A DNA stretch of 64,000 nucleotides from Octopus vulgaris (GCA_951406725.2 OX597824.1:7936001-8000000), one strand, 5' to 3'. Counted from the stretch's first letter, positions 1 to 14,949 are shown. Made by a program: numbers and translations. The notes: a model not told the origin generated them from the letters alone.

Positions 1-406
1 TACGGGCGACATAACAGTTTCGTCGATGCCGCCATCTTTAGGTGCCGAATGTCATAGTAATTTCTTTTTTTTTTTTTTTTGTCTTTGTTTTTGTACTTAC
101 AACCCTAGGACATCTCTGATGAAACAGACCGATGGATTGATGGATTGCAAGTTATCAATAGAAGAACTTTGGTTCGATCGATAAATCAATTGGAGAAACC
201 GCTATATACACAAACATGCCTACTCATAGGCACGTGTACTCGCATAAACACACAAGCACACACACATATATACGTACATATATACATACATATATATATA
301 TATATATATATGTATGTATATATATATGTATATATATGTATATATATGTATGTATATATATATTTGTATATATGCATATATATATGTATATATATATATG
401 TATATA

Positions 407-458
<52 letters not shown>

Positions 459-626
459 ATAAAACATATGCATATATACATACATATATGCACGTACCTA
501 CCTCTACATGTACATATACACGCATATATGAGTACAGGACACCAAAAGGACGCCGAACACAATGAGAAACGAAAACATAGACACAAACCAAAGGAACTGG
601 ACATATATTTAAAAACAAAAAAATAA

Positions 627-657
<31 letters not shown>

Positions 658-708
658 GTATTTATATATATATGTATATATGTACTTATATATATATGTA
701 TGTATATG

Positions 709-739
<31 letters not shown>

Positions 740-884
740 GTATATATATATATGTATATATATGTATATACATGTATATATATATGTATATACACATATA
801 TATATATGTGTATACATGTATATATCTGTATATACATGTATATGTATGTGTATATATATATGTATGTATATATATATATGTGTA

Positions 885-928
<44 letters not shown>

Positions 929-932
<4 letters not shown>

Positions 933-1088
933 GCGCAGGAGTGGGTGTGTGGTAAGTAGCTTGCTTGCCAACCACATGCTTCCGGGTTCAGTCCTTCCAA
1001 TATAGCCTTGGGCCGACCAAAGCCTTGTGAGTGGATTTGGTGGTCGGAAACTGAAAGAAGCCCATCGTATATGTTTGTGTGTGTATGT

Positions 1089-1127
<39 letters not shown>

Positions 1128-1358
1128 TGTGTGTATGTGTGTGCTTTTGTGTGTGTGTGTGTGGGTTTGTGTGTTTGTCTCCTCAACATTGCTTGTCAGC
1201 CGATGCTGGTGTGTTTACGTCTCCGTAATTTAGCGGTTCGGCAAAAGAGACCGATAGAATGAGTACTAGGCTTATAAAGAGTAAGTCCTGGGGTCACTTT
1301 GCTCGACTAAAAGCGGTGCTCCAGCATGGCCACAGTCAAATGACTGAATGAAGTAAAA

Positions 1359-1359
<1 letters not shown>
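929..1359 (+). mobile_element. tRNA-derived SINE, family A (head AGGCGCAGGAGTGGCTGTGTGGTAAG; tail CAGTCAAATGACTGAAACAAGTAAAAG)
   Basis: Pol III A/B-box-like head (TGTGTGGTAAG...GGTTCAGTCC), internal (TG)n tract; near-identical copies recur more than 15 times in the window. Confidence 0.9.
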
Positions 1360-1403
<44 letters not shown>

Positions 1404-1689
1404 GTATACACAAATACATACTGGCTTCAGAACCCATATCTGCGCAGGCGCAAAGATCTATGCATATGCATGTTTATAAACACATATACACACGCATGCA
1501 TACTGTACATTCTCACGTGCACGCACAGAAATTATCTGACAACAACAACAGCATTTAACGACCAATGAAACTTCCCAAAAAATAGGACGCATGCGTGTTA
1601 AATTTCACTTTTCCGTTCTTTTTTTATTTTGTTTTTCATTCGTTTGCGAAAATAGAAATAATCGCTTCAGCTGTGTCCCATATTTTCTG

Positions 1690-1724
<35 letters not shown>

Positions 1725-1831
1725 TATATGTACATATACGTTCAAATCCATATACGTGTGTGTGTGTGTGTGACTATGCGAGTATATGTGTAACTATATA
1801 TACATGCATATATATATATATATACATATAT

Positions 1832-1919
<88 letters not shown>

Positions 1920-1928
1920 TGACACATG

Positions 1929-1960
<32 letters not shown>

Positions 1961-1962
1961 TA

Positions 1963-1995
<33 letters not shown>

Positions 1996-2650
1996 ATATA
2001 CATTTATATATATATACACACACAAACGCAACCGCAAACACACATATACACCCCCAGGCATACACACGCATGCACATACGCACACACACATAAATGTATG
2101 TATGTATGTATGTATGTATGAATTAATGCATGCATGAATGTGTGCGTGTGTGTATGTGTGCATATAAGCATATGCAGTGCATACATATCTATGCAGCTCG
2201 TAGAATAATTCAGTTCAGCCCAGAAAACTATTTAAGTAGATCTGTGCATGTATTAGTGTGCGTATGAACTGTACCCGATTGTTTTTAATATATTTATACA
2301 TGTAAAACATGAACGGCATAAAATATATATTTATCTGTTCACATACAAAACACAAGGTCTCCCTTTACAACACCTATACAAATAACATTGAGACAAAAAG
2401 CCCCTTGTGGTTTACTGAAAATCTCTTTAAAAACAATTCTCGCAAATATATATATATTCACAGCACGGAATTTTGTCAGTGAACAGGTCGCGGTCTCAAA
2501 ACGACGAAAATATTTTGACAAATTAAATTTGTGAATATAACGGATTTTGTGTGTTTCTTAAATGGCTTATAAACACCCTCCACGCTGCAAATGTTTTCGT
2601 CCCAGCACTCGATCTCAGATCAGGTCACTTGCTATGCAAGTACTTCTCCG

Positions 2651-2711
<61 letters not shown>

Positions 2712-2719
2712 TGTATTCA

Positions 2720-2955
2720 GGAAATCGTCCCAGTGCTGCACTCTCAGAATATATCAGGAGTTTAAAGAATAATAGTTACGAAATTGATTGGTCTGTCACA
2801 GAATACGCTTCGTCCTACATTAATGCGTCAGAAGGTGTGATCTTTGTCTCTCTGCGACTTGCAACAGCATATTATAATATTTTTACAATTTTGAATAAAA
2901 GACAGGAATTGGTGGATTCTTGCAGGCGCTTCTGCCGATATTTAATGAAGAATCC
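2720..2955 (+). mobile_element. Penelope-like element remnant, C-terminal end of GIY-YIG endonuclease domain
   Basis: Translation SAALSEYIRSLKNNSYEIDWSV...ILNKRQELVDSCRRFCRYLMKN resembles the PLE tail motif STELSKYIW.LK...W.I...LLNKRSEL..KCRH..K.LL.N; a decayed hammerhead-like CTGAAAGA...CGAGAAA follows at about 3012-3037. Confidence 0.75.
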
Positions 2956-3142
2956 TCAGTTCTCAAATGGCTTAAATAAGTTATTTCTGATGTAATGTAT
3001 TTCTCCATGCCCTGAAAGACAGTTATACTACGAGAAAGAAAAATGAGCTTTTAGTCATCCCTCATCACTAAATCTTCTTTGATGAAAACCACTTCCATTG
3101 ACTTGAGTGCGTTTACACATGTAAGACAGAAAACATAAAGAT

Positions 3143-3307
3143 ATAGGCGCAGGAGTGGCTGTGTGGTAAGTAGCTTGTTTACCAACCACATGGTCACGGG
3201 TTCAGTCCCACTGCGTGGCACCTTGGGCAAGTGTCTTCTACTATAGCCTCGGGCCGACCAAAGCCTTGTGAGTGGATTTGGTAGACGGAAACTGAAAGAA
3301 GCCCGTC

Positions 3308-3366
<59 letters not shown>

Positions 3367-3577
3367 TGTGTGTGTTTTCCCCCTAGCATTGCTTGACAAC
3401 CGATGCTGGTGTGTTTATGTCTCCGTTACTTAGCGGTTCGGCAAAAGAGACCGATAGAATAAGTACTGGGCTTACAAGAGAATAAGTCCCGGGGTCGAGT
3501 TGCTCGATTAAAGGTGGTGCTCCAGCATGGCCGCAGTCAAATGACTGAAACAAGTAAAAGAGTAAAAGAGTAAAAGA
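3143..3577 (+). mobile_element. SINE family A, full length
   Basis: Collinear match to the other family A copies, with internal (TA)n and GTAAAAGA tail repeats. Confidence 0.92.
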
Positions 3578-3969
3578 ATATATGTTTGGTGGAGAATAAA
3601 TAGATTGATATATCACGTGCCTTGCGCATGTCATTTAAACAGATGAATGCGTGATTCATATTCAAATCGTTTTCGATGTCTCAGTATATTTCAATATCTT
3701 CGAATATTTTTGCTTAGACATCGTCACGCTGTCTCAGTTGTTTGGACAATCGACCACTAAAAACTTTATTTGCCTATCATTCAAGCAATTGAGATAGTAA
3801 AGTGATTGCGTAATTTATTCTAGAAAAAGGGAAAACAACTCTACTGCTTCATATCTCTTATTTTCAATCTGTATCTTAACATCTTTGGACATTTTTTAAC
3901 ACCTAAACAGATGTCATACCTTTGTCTTTGTTCGTGATTGCTCTTCATTAAATAAGGATTTAAAACGGT

Positions 3970-4405
3970 TTGAAATTTGACACAAGGCCAGGGATTCTTT
4001 TTGTTTTGTTTTATTTTTTTATTATCTTGAAGGGTTAAATCAGCTACATTGACCCCAGTTCTCAACAAGTTCTTATTTTACCGACCCTGAAAGCATCAGT
4101 GACAAAATCGACCTCAGCAGATTTTGAACTCAAAACGTAAAGCCACGAGAAATGTCGCTAAGCATTTTGTCTGGCGTGCTAACGATTCTGCCAGTTCGCA
4201 GCCTTTTCAAATTTTGACACAAGGCCAGCGATATTGTGGGGTAGGGGGGTTACACTGATTACATGGGCCCCAGTGTTCAGCTGGTACTTATTCTACCAAT
4301 ACCGAAAGGTGGAAAATAAAGTCGACTCGGTGGCAGTTAAACTCAGAATGTAAAGCCGGAAGAAATGCTATTAAGCGGTTAGTCCGGTGTACTAATGATT
4401 CACCC
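3970..4405 (-). mobile_element. Tandem diverged SINE family B copies
   Basis: Repeated TTTGACACAAGGCCAG...GACCCCAGT...GTCGAC...GAACTCAGAA...GCTAACGATTC modules matching 5856-6089. Confidence 0.75.
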
Positions 4406-4456
4406 ATCCTTTAATCTATAAATCAAATATTTATATATAACAGCTAAGGAATACAC

Positions 4457-4785
4457 TTCTATATTTAAGAGATAAGGAATTATGTACATTATTTACATTT
4501 GACGGATATTTGTCCTCATCTTGTTTGTTGTTAGCATTTCGGCTGATATACCCTCCAGCCTTCATCAGGTGTCTTGGGGAAATTTCGAACTTGCGGAAAT
4601 TTCGAAGGAGATATTTTCAAAGTGTTGTATTACTCTTGAATACTGTCCTGATGTTATATGGGCCGCATAACTTTTGTGTCTTTTCGGAGAGGCCTTTCAC
4701 ATAGGGTAGACAGATTGTGGAGACCTCATCCTCTCTCTTCTTCATAACTGGGGTAGTTGTTGCTTAACAGATCGTTATTGAGTGT
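4457..4785 (-). mobile_element. Penelope-like element fragment: pseudo-LTR plus RT thumb/linker piece
   Basis: 4486-4590 is near-identical to the arms at 9320-9430 and 9724-9833; the minus strand encodes ICLPYVKGLSEKTQKLCGPYNIRTVFKSNTTL (PLE motif LPYVKGLSE.I...L..YNI..VFK); hammerhead stem III is deleted in this copy. Confidence 0.85.
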
Positions 4786-4880
4786 ATACATATGTATGTA
4801 TGCATGTATGCATGTATGTATGTATGTATGTATGTATGTATGTATGTATGTATGTACGCGTGTGTGTATGTCTGCATGTA

Positions 4881-4932
<52 letters not shown>

Positions 4933-5651
4933 TTCGTGGTGTGTACCGACTTCAGCGGAATTTGAACTCAGAACGTAATGAGAAACAAAAATGCCGCCAA
5001 GCATTTTGAGGGACGCGCTAACGTCTCTGCCAACTCGCGTAATGCAAACGATAAGTGCTCACCTAGTTTACCTGACATTTTAGCTGCTATCAATTAATAT
5101 TTAATTACATTGCAGAGCTATTTAAGGTAGTTTACAGGGGGGGATTTAATTATAAAGAAATGTCTTAACTAAATCATTTATTGATTGATTTGTAGATGAG
5201 TTTAAAGCAATATCTTTCTTGGAATCACCCTATTTTCTTTTTAATCATTATAGATTATTTGCGAATGTGGCATGCGTTGCATGTGTGTGTATGTATGTAT
5301 ATATATATGTATATATATATGTATGCGTGTGTGTATGTGTGCATGTATGTATATGTATATATATATATATAAATTCACAACACGCACACATATATATATA
5401 TATACATATATACACACACACGCCCTTATATACATAAGCGCGCTTATACTATCACACACATACCTACATATATATATATATGTGTGTGTGTGTGTATGTG
5501 TGTGTGTACATATGTATATGCACAAATATACCTACATAAATATGCATGCACATCTACATGCATGCATGCATACATACATCATACATATATACATAAATAC
5601 GAACAGACAGACAGACAACCAGCCAGACAGACAGACAGGCAGGTAGTAAGA

Positions 5652-6089
<438 letters not shown>

Positions 6090-6101
6090 TATCTATCTAT
6101 C

Positions 6102-6158
<57 letters not shown>

Positions 6159-6424
6159 GGAAAAGAAATTGGAGAAAAAATGTGAATAAAGAAAAGAAAG
6201 AGAAATAGTACTCAATACAGGTTTTCGCTTGTGTCTGGTGAATCAGTCGGTCGTTGCTCAAATTCTTCTCGTCACATGCTGTATTTCGGTCGACATTAAA
6301 ATTCCTTTTGTCATGTGAAGGACTTCACGTGAGGTGAAAACTCTCAGCAATGACTGAATGACTCGTCATACACAAAAGAATGCAGATGTGTGAACAAGGA
6401 AGGATATAAACCAGTCGTGTTTTT

Positions 6425-7115
<691 letters not shown>

Positions 7116-7328
7116 GACCTGTTGATGATGTTCTAACACTGGAGAATATATTGGAGCAGATAAGTTTAAAGATTTCGAAAATTAATATTTTCGAAAGTTC
7201 CTTCTTGTACAAATTCGAAAGTGGCCACCAGTTTTCTTTCAGATTTCAATTCAAGAATAAGGAACGATTCATGCTTTTTAGTTTTCCTTTTATTTATTTC
7301 ATTTATCAAATTGCAACCATACTGTGGC

Positions 7329-7376
<48 letters not shown>

Positions 7377-7579
7377 TCTCTCTCTCTCTCTCCTTCTTTG
7401 AGCCGGCAACTATCAGTCTGCACCGGTCTCTTTCTGCTAGATCTCAAACACAGGAGCACCAGTTGTCAAGTGATGATGGAAGACAAACAAACACACACAT
7501 ATACACATACACGCATGCATGAACGCACGCGCACGCATGCACATACACACACACACAAGCACACACCTGCATATATGTA

Positions 7580-7619
<40 letters not shown>

Positions 7620-7621
<2 letters not shown>

Positions 7622-7834
7622 GTTGCCCATGCAGCATACAAGCCTCCCCTCTCCACGCCACCAGTGTTATCCAAGGGAAAGGGGAAGACCGATACAGCTT
7701 TGCACCAGTGACGTCGCAACTCATTTCTACAACTGAGTGAACTGGAGTAACGTGAAATAAAGTGTCTTGCTCGGGATTCGAACTCACAACCTCACGATCG
7801 TAAGCTCGACGCTCTAACCAATGAGCCATGCGCC

Positions 7835-7838
<4 letters not shown>
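7620..7838 (-). mobile_element. tRNA-derived SINE, family C
   Basis: Minus strand GAAGGCGCATGGCTCATTGGTTAGAGCG...GAGTTCGAATCCC has clear A and B boxes, followed by GCAAGACACTTTATTTCAC; lies between (TA)n arrays. Confidence 0.85.
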
Positions 7839-7879
<41 letters not shown>

Positions 7880-8158
7880 AACCTCCCAAAGGAGATTATA
7901 TAGAATTGGGGCTCTGTTAAACCTTGCCCAACAACTCATCTTCTGACCGCCGACTCTTCTATGTTACCCTATTTTCTTTACTTTCCCCTCCATTAAACAA
8001 AAATCCTCTGTGTCCAATTATTCTCTATCGCTAATCATCTCTCACTATTTTCACTCAGCACACTTAACTACACATTCACCTTTCCCCCAAAATTTTATCC
8101 TACTTTGTCTCATATTTACGTTGTACCTAGACTTCATCTCTCCCTCTCTCTTCCTCGT

Positions 8159-8207
<49 letters not shown>

Positions 8208-9368
8208 TTCATTCTCACTCTTTCTTTCTCTCTTTCCAAGGAAACAAGCTATGTGTTCTCCTCTTCAGCAAGGCACTTGTTCCTGTCCCTCTATCATATA
8301 TGTGACATCATCCCACCAAGAAACAACTGTATGGAAATCTACCTGTTTCCATCATTATATATACGTTGTACTCGATTGAAGCAGCATCAAATTTAATTAG
8401 CCATCCATGTATCTTAATGCTTATACACCGTTGACAGGCAAGATACAGCTCTTTTTGTCCGAGATAAAATTTCATATAGACGTATTGTGTTAAAAACACA
8501 GTACATATCGGAGGGATACGAGAACTTGTCCCGGAAACGGCTAACAAGAATGCCTGGTGCATTTTGGCTTTCTTGTACCTTGTCTTTGACATGTCCTTGC
8601 TGTCACATGCCAAAAGGAAGTTTGTTGTCACCGATATATCGGAAATAGTGAATAATACATTCGTACATTATTCCGTTTCCTTTATAAACCATTATTTCCT
8701 TTATGTGGCAAATTTCCTTTAAGTATGTGGCTGTGAGTACACGTCATTGAATACTGAAATCTGGCGTTCTCGCAAGGCGCTGCCGAAGTTTTGGACGATA
8801 TTGTATCTCCTTCCAACAGATATTTTACCATCATCTGATCGAGCTTGCTCGGACATTTTTAACCCGCGCACATTGTCCATCTCATTCCTGCATTACTTAA
8901 TAGAGATCTTCAAGGGGGAATCCAGGGTCTCTGGTGAGTTGATCTAAATACTTGTGTTCGGATGACTTGCTCGACTAAGGCCATGCTTTGGCATCCAAAA
9001 TAGCAGGTCATTTGCAAGATCTTGTTTAGCTCGCCAGTAATGTCCCGCAAAGCGCAAGCGCTTTTACCTTATAATGTTGGAAACAGGCAGAGTATCTCCG
9101 TACAATTGTTTCCTGGTTGGATGAGTTCTCCAAGATATGCTTCAGACTGTTCTTAACATTCGGGTGTAAATTCCATTTAGCTTCGATTCCAATTTTTTAC
9201 TAAGCGTCCAAGCTGTTGCTCCACATAAAAGGATTTAGTCTTCTGTTGCCCGGAAAATATCCTCTTAAAGTTGTCTGACAGTGATGATTTCCAACCAATA
9301 TCCAGTTTATTTGCATTATTTACATTATTTACATTTGACGGATATTTGTCCTCATCTTGTTTGTTGTT

Positions 9369-9414
9369 AGCACAACGTTTCGGCTGATATACCCTCCAGC
9401 CTTCATCAGGTGTC
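9369..9414 (-). ncRNA. Minimal type-I hammerhead ribozyme-like motif
   Basis: GACAC-CUGAUGA-A-GGCUG(10-nt loop)CAGCC-GAAA-CGUU-GUGCU: intact core, 5-bp stem II, palindromic AACGUU stem III, predicted cleavage after GUU. Confidence 0.8.
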
Positions 9415-9455
9415 TTGGGGAAATTTCGAACATGGGTTCTCGTTCCCAAGGTATG

Positions 9456-9524
<69 letters not shown>

Positions 9525-9740
9525 AAGAAGAAGAAGAAAAAGAAAAAGAAGAAGAAGAAAAAGAAGAAGAAGAAAAAAAAGGAGGAGGAGGAGAGGAAGA
9601 AGAAGAAGAAGAAGAAGAAGAAGAAGAAGAAGAAGAAGAAGAAGAAGAAGAAGAAGAAGAAGAAGAAGAAGAAGAAGAAGAAGAATGATAACATCGAAAA
9701 ATACCTTAGGAATGTGAATCCAGGTTCGAAATTTCTCCAA

Positions 9741-9786
9741 GACACCTGATGAAGGCTGGAGGGTATATCAGCTGAAATGTTGTGTT
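9741..9786 (+). ncRNA. Minimal type-I hammerhead ribozyme-like motif (opposite-arm copy)
   Basis: GACAC-CUGAUGA-A-GGCUG...CAGCU-GAAA-UGUU-GUGUU; two C-to-T changes relative to the left copy at the end of stem II and in stem III. Confidence 0.7.
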
Positions 9787-10107
9787 AAGAACTAACAAGA
9801 TGAGGACAAATATCCATCAAATGTAAATAATGTACACAATTCTTCATCTCTTAAATATAGAACTGTAATATCCAGTTTGCTTAGGGCCGACGATGCGTTC
9901 GTTGTCCGAGTTTTAACATCTTTTTCAGTTGAGGCGATCTCAGAACGAGACACGTGAAATCTCCTGCTTGATTGATGGGACCTCCTCTGGTGTTCGTGAT
10001 GGATCCTTGTTGATTATGAGCAATAAATTTGGTTTTACTAGAATCGTCCAATTACACATTTTTTGGTTTCTGCAAATCGGTGTAACCTAGCGCTTCGGCA
10101 TAAGATA

Positions 10108-10342
10108 CCTATTTCTTTACTCCCCACAAGGAGCTATACACAGAGGGGACAAACAAGGACAGACAAACGGATTAGGTCGATTACATCGACCCCAGTGCGT
10201 AACTGGTACTTATTTAATCAACCCCGAAAGGATGAAAGGCAAAGTCGACCTCGGCGGAATTTGAACTCAGAACGTAGCGGCAAACGAAATAGGCTACGCA
10301 TTTCACCCGACGTGCTAACGTTTCTGCCAGCTGGCCGCCTTT
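10108..10342 (-). mobile_element. SINE family B, full length
   Basis: Near-identical to 5856-6089. Confidence 0.9.
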
Positions 10343-10819
10343 AATATACCGATAGAATAAATACCAGATTTAAAAATAAGTAGTGGAGTCGATTTGTTCG
10401 ACGAAACACTTTACGGTGGTGCCCCAGCATGGCCGCAGTCCAATGACAGAAACAAGTGAAAGACGAACGATTAAAGAATACAAAACATCAGTGTGGGTGT
10501 TATAAGAATGTAACGCATTGCTTTTATGCTAATGACGTGCGATAAAAGAACAGGATTATACACATGCATATGTGTTATGTAACAAGAAATGACAATGTAT
10601 TCTGAGTTTCGCCCCAGGCTGGGCTGGTCACAACAGCATGATGACACAATTGTTCAGAGAACGTCTGAATGTATGGTATGTTACGCCGCCTAATTAGGGA
10701 GGAATTACATCGTGAATAACCCGCCCCGTGGCAAAACACAGGGAAGGGTGTCATCGTTTGATATAACGGTTTCAATTTTTGGTACAAGACCAGCAACGTT
10801 AGTAGACAGGAATTAATTC

Positions 10820-11350
10820 TTTCACAAGGCTTTGGTCAGCCCGAGGCTATAGTAGAAGACACTTGCCCAAGGTGCCACGCAGTGGGAATGAACTCGGAGC
10901 AATGTTGTTAGTAAGCAAGCTACTTACCACACAGCCAGGCCTGCTGCTACAATGGATTACATTGACCCCAATATTTGACTGGTACTTTATTCGATCGGCC
11001 CCTAAAGGAAGGAAAAACAAACTTGTCCTCGGTGGATTTTGAACTCAGAACGTAAAGAGCCGGAAGATACGCTGCTATGCATTTTGTCCGACGTGCTGTT
11101 TTGCCACGTCACCGCTTTCATCTTTTTGGTGTAATCTTTTCTTTTATAGTCACAAGGCCTGAAATTTTTTGGGAGGGGACTTGTCGATTACATCGATCCT
11201 AGTGTTCAACTGATAGTCATTTTATCGATCCCGAAAGTATGAAAAGCAAAGTCGATCTCGGCGGAATCCGTACTCAGAATATAAAGACGGACGAAACGCC
11301 GCTAAGCACTTAGTCCGGCATACAAACGATTCTACCAGCTCGCCGCCTTT
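10820..11350 (-). mobile_element. SINE cluster: family A head (10820-10945) plus two diverged family B copies
   Basis: Matches to family A and B copies elsewhere in the window. Confidence 0.8.
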
Positions 11351-12108
11351 CCTTTTGATATTAGAATCATAACTGACCGTTTTAACCAATGTTTTGAGTT
11401 CTTACTTCAGATAATGTTCGCATCATCAATGGTGTATTTCTAATTATGAATTTTAATATAATGAGCGAAATTCACGATATGCATGATGTGTGTGTGTGTT
11501 TCTGTGTGTGTATGAGTGTGTATGTGTATGGGTGTGTGTGCATGTGTGTGTATGTGTATGTGCATGTTTTTTGTGTGTTTATGTGTGTATGTGTGTGTTT
11601 ATGTGTGTGTTTCTGTGCGTATGTGTATGGGTCACCTCAATAGACGTCATTGATTGGTTCAAATTGCCGAAATGCAAGAAATCAAAGACCAAATATCTTA
11701 CAAACTACAGAATTTTCTCAAGAAAGCCAAGAGAAAAAGATGTTTTATAAACGCAGAAGGTTAAAATTTTTTTAGTTACATAGAAATTATTTTAAAAAAC
11801 TGCCGGTCAAACCGAAAAGATCCACTTAGTGGTCATCCCTTCTTATATGTATGTAATATAATTTTTCTGAATCTTCAGAATTTCCTATATGCTAGAGCAC
11901 TAGTTTTAAATTGATATTAATCAAATTAATATTCAATTTTTCACCCTTATTATTTTAAATTTAAATATATATATATATATCTTTTATTAAACTTTTAATA
12001 CTTTTGATATTTATATGAAAAAAATTTTTTTTTAAATTTAAAAAGATTAAAAAAATAAATTAATTAATTAATTAATTAATTAATAAAATAATATATAAAT
12101 ATAAAAAT

Positions 12109-12162
<54 letters not shown>

Positions 12163-12313
12163 ATATATATTTAAAATTTATAAGTTTAAATCATTTAAAT
12201 AATTTTTTAATTTTTAACTTTTATATTTTTTAATTAATTTTATTTCTATGTATTGGCTTATGATTTTCACTGTTTGATTTGCCTAATAGTGGTTTTATCT
12301 CTAATTTAATATA

Positions 12314-12359
<46 letters not shown>

Positions 12360-12709
12360 TGTATTACCTACATATCTAGCTGTCAATTCACCCCTCTCTC
12401 TCTCTCTCTTCCTCTCTCCTCTCTCTCTCTCTCTCTTTCTCTCTCTCTGTATGTGAACGGGTGTGCATGCGTGCATAATAACTTGTGGAGCACTGCCCTG
12501 AATGAATACAAAGATTAAACGAATTAAGCATGTTATGTGAAACTTGTCTATTTACCACACACACACACACACACACACACGCACGCACATACACACATAC
12601 ACACATACACATACTCACACACATACGCACATGTACACACACAAACACAAATACACACATAATTCAATATATACATACATTCATATATATATATATATAT
12701 ATATATATA

Positions 12710-12918
12710 CTCTTTTACTCTTTTACTTGTTTCAGTCATTTGACTGCGGCCATGCTGGAGCACCGCCTTTAGTCGAGCAAATCGACCCCAGGACTTATTC
12801 TTTGGAAGCCTAGTACTTATTCTATTGGTTTCTTTTGCCGAACCGCTAAGTGACGGGGACGTAAACACACCAGCATCGGTTGTCAAGCAATGCTAGGGGG
12901 ACAAACACAGACACACAA

Positions 12919-12953
<35 letters not shown>

Positions 12954-13126
12954 CATATATACGACAGGCTTCTTTCAGTTTCCGTCTACCAAATCCACTC
13001 ACAAGGCATTGGTCGGCCCGGGGCTATAGCAGAAGACACTTGCCCAAGATGCCACGCAGTGGGACTGAACCCGGAACCATGTGGTTGGTTAGCAAGCTAC
13101 TTACCACACAGCCACTCCTGCGCCTA
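12710..13126 (-). mobile_element. SINE family A, full length, young
   Basis: Reverse complement of 36035-36441 at very high identity. Confidence 0.93.
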
Positions 13127-13732
13127 TATATATATACACATATATATATATATACGTCCCTTCGTGTATTTCACGTTATTTATTTATGTAAAGGTTTATT
13201 ATATATATATACATATATATATATGAATACGTCATATGTGTGTGTTTGTGTATATATCTGTGTGTATGTGTGTGTTTTCGCATGTGTTTATGTAGGTGTG
13301 TGTGTGTTGTTGATGTTGTTGTTCTCCTAGCAGCATTGACAGGACTGAAATCTGGTTCAACAACAGCAGCCACCCCCATCATAAAAAACACAACGACAAA
13401 TTCTGTTATGTACGTTTTTTTTTTGTTTTTTTTTTTGCTTTCTGGGTTTTCTGGGTTGGGGGCCACATGTGCATTATTGCGTATTGGCTCTCGTTTGTGG
13501 AACTGAACAGAAGGGGAACATCAGTGAAAGGATGAAGAAGCAAACATCTTGTGTTGTTTGTCGTTTGGCTTATCTTGAACGGGAGAAAGTAATGGAGGAA
13601 GAGGATGTAGGACAAAAGAAAGGGGGAAGAAGTCACGTGTACATGCATACGCATACATACATACAATCATACATGCATACATACATACATACATACATAC
13701 ATACATACATACATACATACATACATACATGC

Positions 13733-13785
<53 letters not shown>

Positions 13786-14019
13786 TATGTGTATGCATAT
13801 ATAGATGCATATATATGTATATATATATATATATATATACAGATATATATATATAGATATATATACGTGTGAGTATATATGTATGTATTATATATATATA
13901 TATATATATATTAGAAACCCCAACACACTCATATGTATATATATATATATATATACATATATGTATGCATACATATACATACACAGACATATATGCATAT
14001 GTATATATACATATATATT

Positions 14020-14085
<66 letters not shown>

Positions 14086-14779
14086 AAAGTGTTTCATCTT
14101 GTAACATCTTGTCCTAGATTTCTTCTTTGCCCAAAACTTTCTCACAGTCAATAAGAAATCTTTTGTCTCCAGTTTTTTACTTAATTTTTTGTTTCATTTT
14201 ATTTTGCAGCGTTTGTTTTATGTCTTCTGATGATGTCACTGAGTCATGTTGTCGTCTGCCTCGGAATCTAATTTTACCAAATCCACGCTGTCAGCCCACG
14301 TTGCCAAATTCTTCAGTTTGCTATCGCACCATGCTTGCTACAGATTAAGAATGCTAGAACGACTTTCTTAGACGTCCATCACCGAGAAAGAAAAACAAAA
14401 TGTGTATTATTCTAACCCTCTCATGTCTATATTTCTAACCGTTTCAATTCATTTATATCTACCTCTATCAACACACAAACAGACACACACGCACACACAC
14501 ACACACATATCCTCCTGCCTTCCAGAGTCCCTGATGTACCTACATATAAACAAGAAACTCAAAAGAGGGCAGAAATATCGGTCTCCCTCGTTCACTAAAT
14601 GTCAATCGCAAAAGAATACCCATTGAAAAGGGGACAAAACTGACAGTGACTCAGTCTTTGGATGGGCCGAAATGCATAAATTAACACATATATATGCATT
14701 CACACGCACATACACACACACACACACATACACATACATACATGCACTCACATATGTACATCATTCATTCATACATACA

Positions 14780-14815
<36 letters not shown>

Positions 14816-14949
14816 TATATACTTCGATTTTTTATCTAGTTTGCAAGATTCTTTATGTGAATTCGTGTGTTGAAACAAATTTTGTTGTGTCTGAGAAGTG
14901 TAATACTGTCTTAACACACTCACCGGTTCAATTTCCATTCATTTATTAT

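Larger units (their letters stand above)
9309..9866. mobile_element. PLE-derived fold-back insertion: inverted pseudo-LTR arms around an (AAT)n(AAG)n core, 12-bp TSD
   Basis: AATATCCAGTTT at 9297-9308 and 9867-9878; arms about 9320-9455 and 9698-9833 are reverse complements. Confidence 0.9.
8850..10104 (-). mobile_element. RTE-clade LINE remnant (RT C-terminus and downstream region), interrupted at 9309-9866
   Basis: Minus-strand translation ASTEKDVKTR...ALSKLDI/GWKSSLSDNFKR...ILLCGATAWTLSKKLESKLNGIYTRMLR...KRLRFAGHYWRAKQDLANDLLFWMPKHG is typical of RTE; contains stops and frameshifts. Confidence 0.88.

Noticed and set aside
101-201. Possible minus-strand exon (AG...GTAAGT, one open frame)
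   Set aside because: No recognisable protein similarity, and it overlaps a probable PLE hammerhead remnant
3666-3725. Hairpin CGATGTCT/AGACATCG with GTGACGA...GAAA on the minus strand (similar weak cases at about 8225-8260 and 63265-63320)
   Set aside because: Core mutated and stem I or the cleavage triplet missing; too degenerate to call a hammerhead
7770-7838. Genuine tRNA gene (also considered for 48512-48590)
   Set aside because: No complete acceptor stem, and it runs directly into a SINE body
8308-8640. 107-aa minus-strand ORF
   Set aside because: No recognisable domain or convincing splice signals; left unassigned
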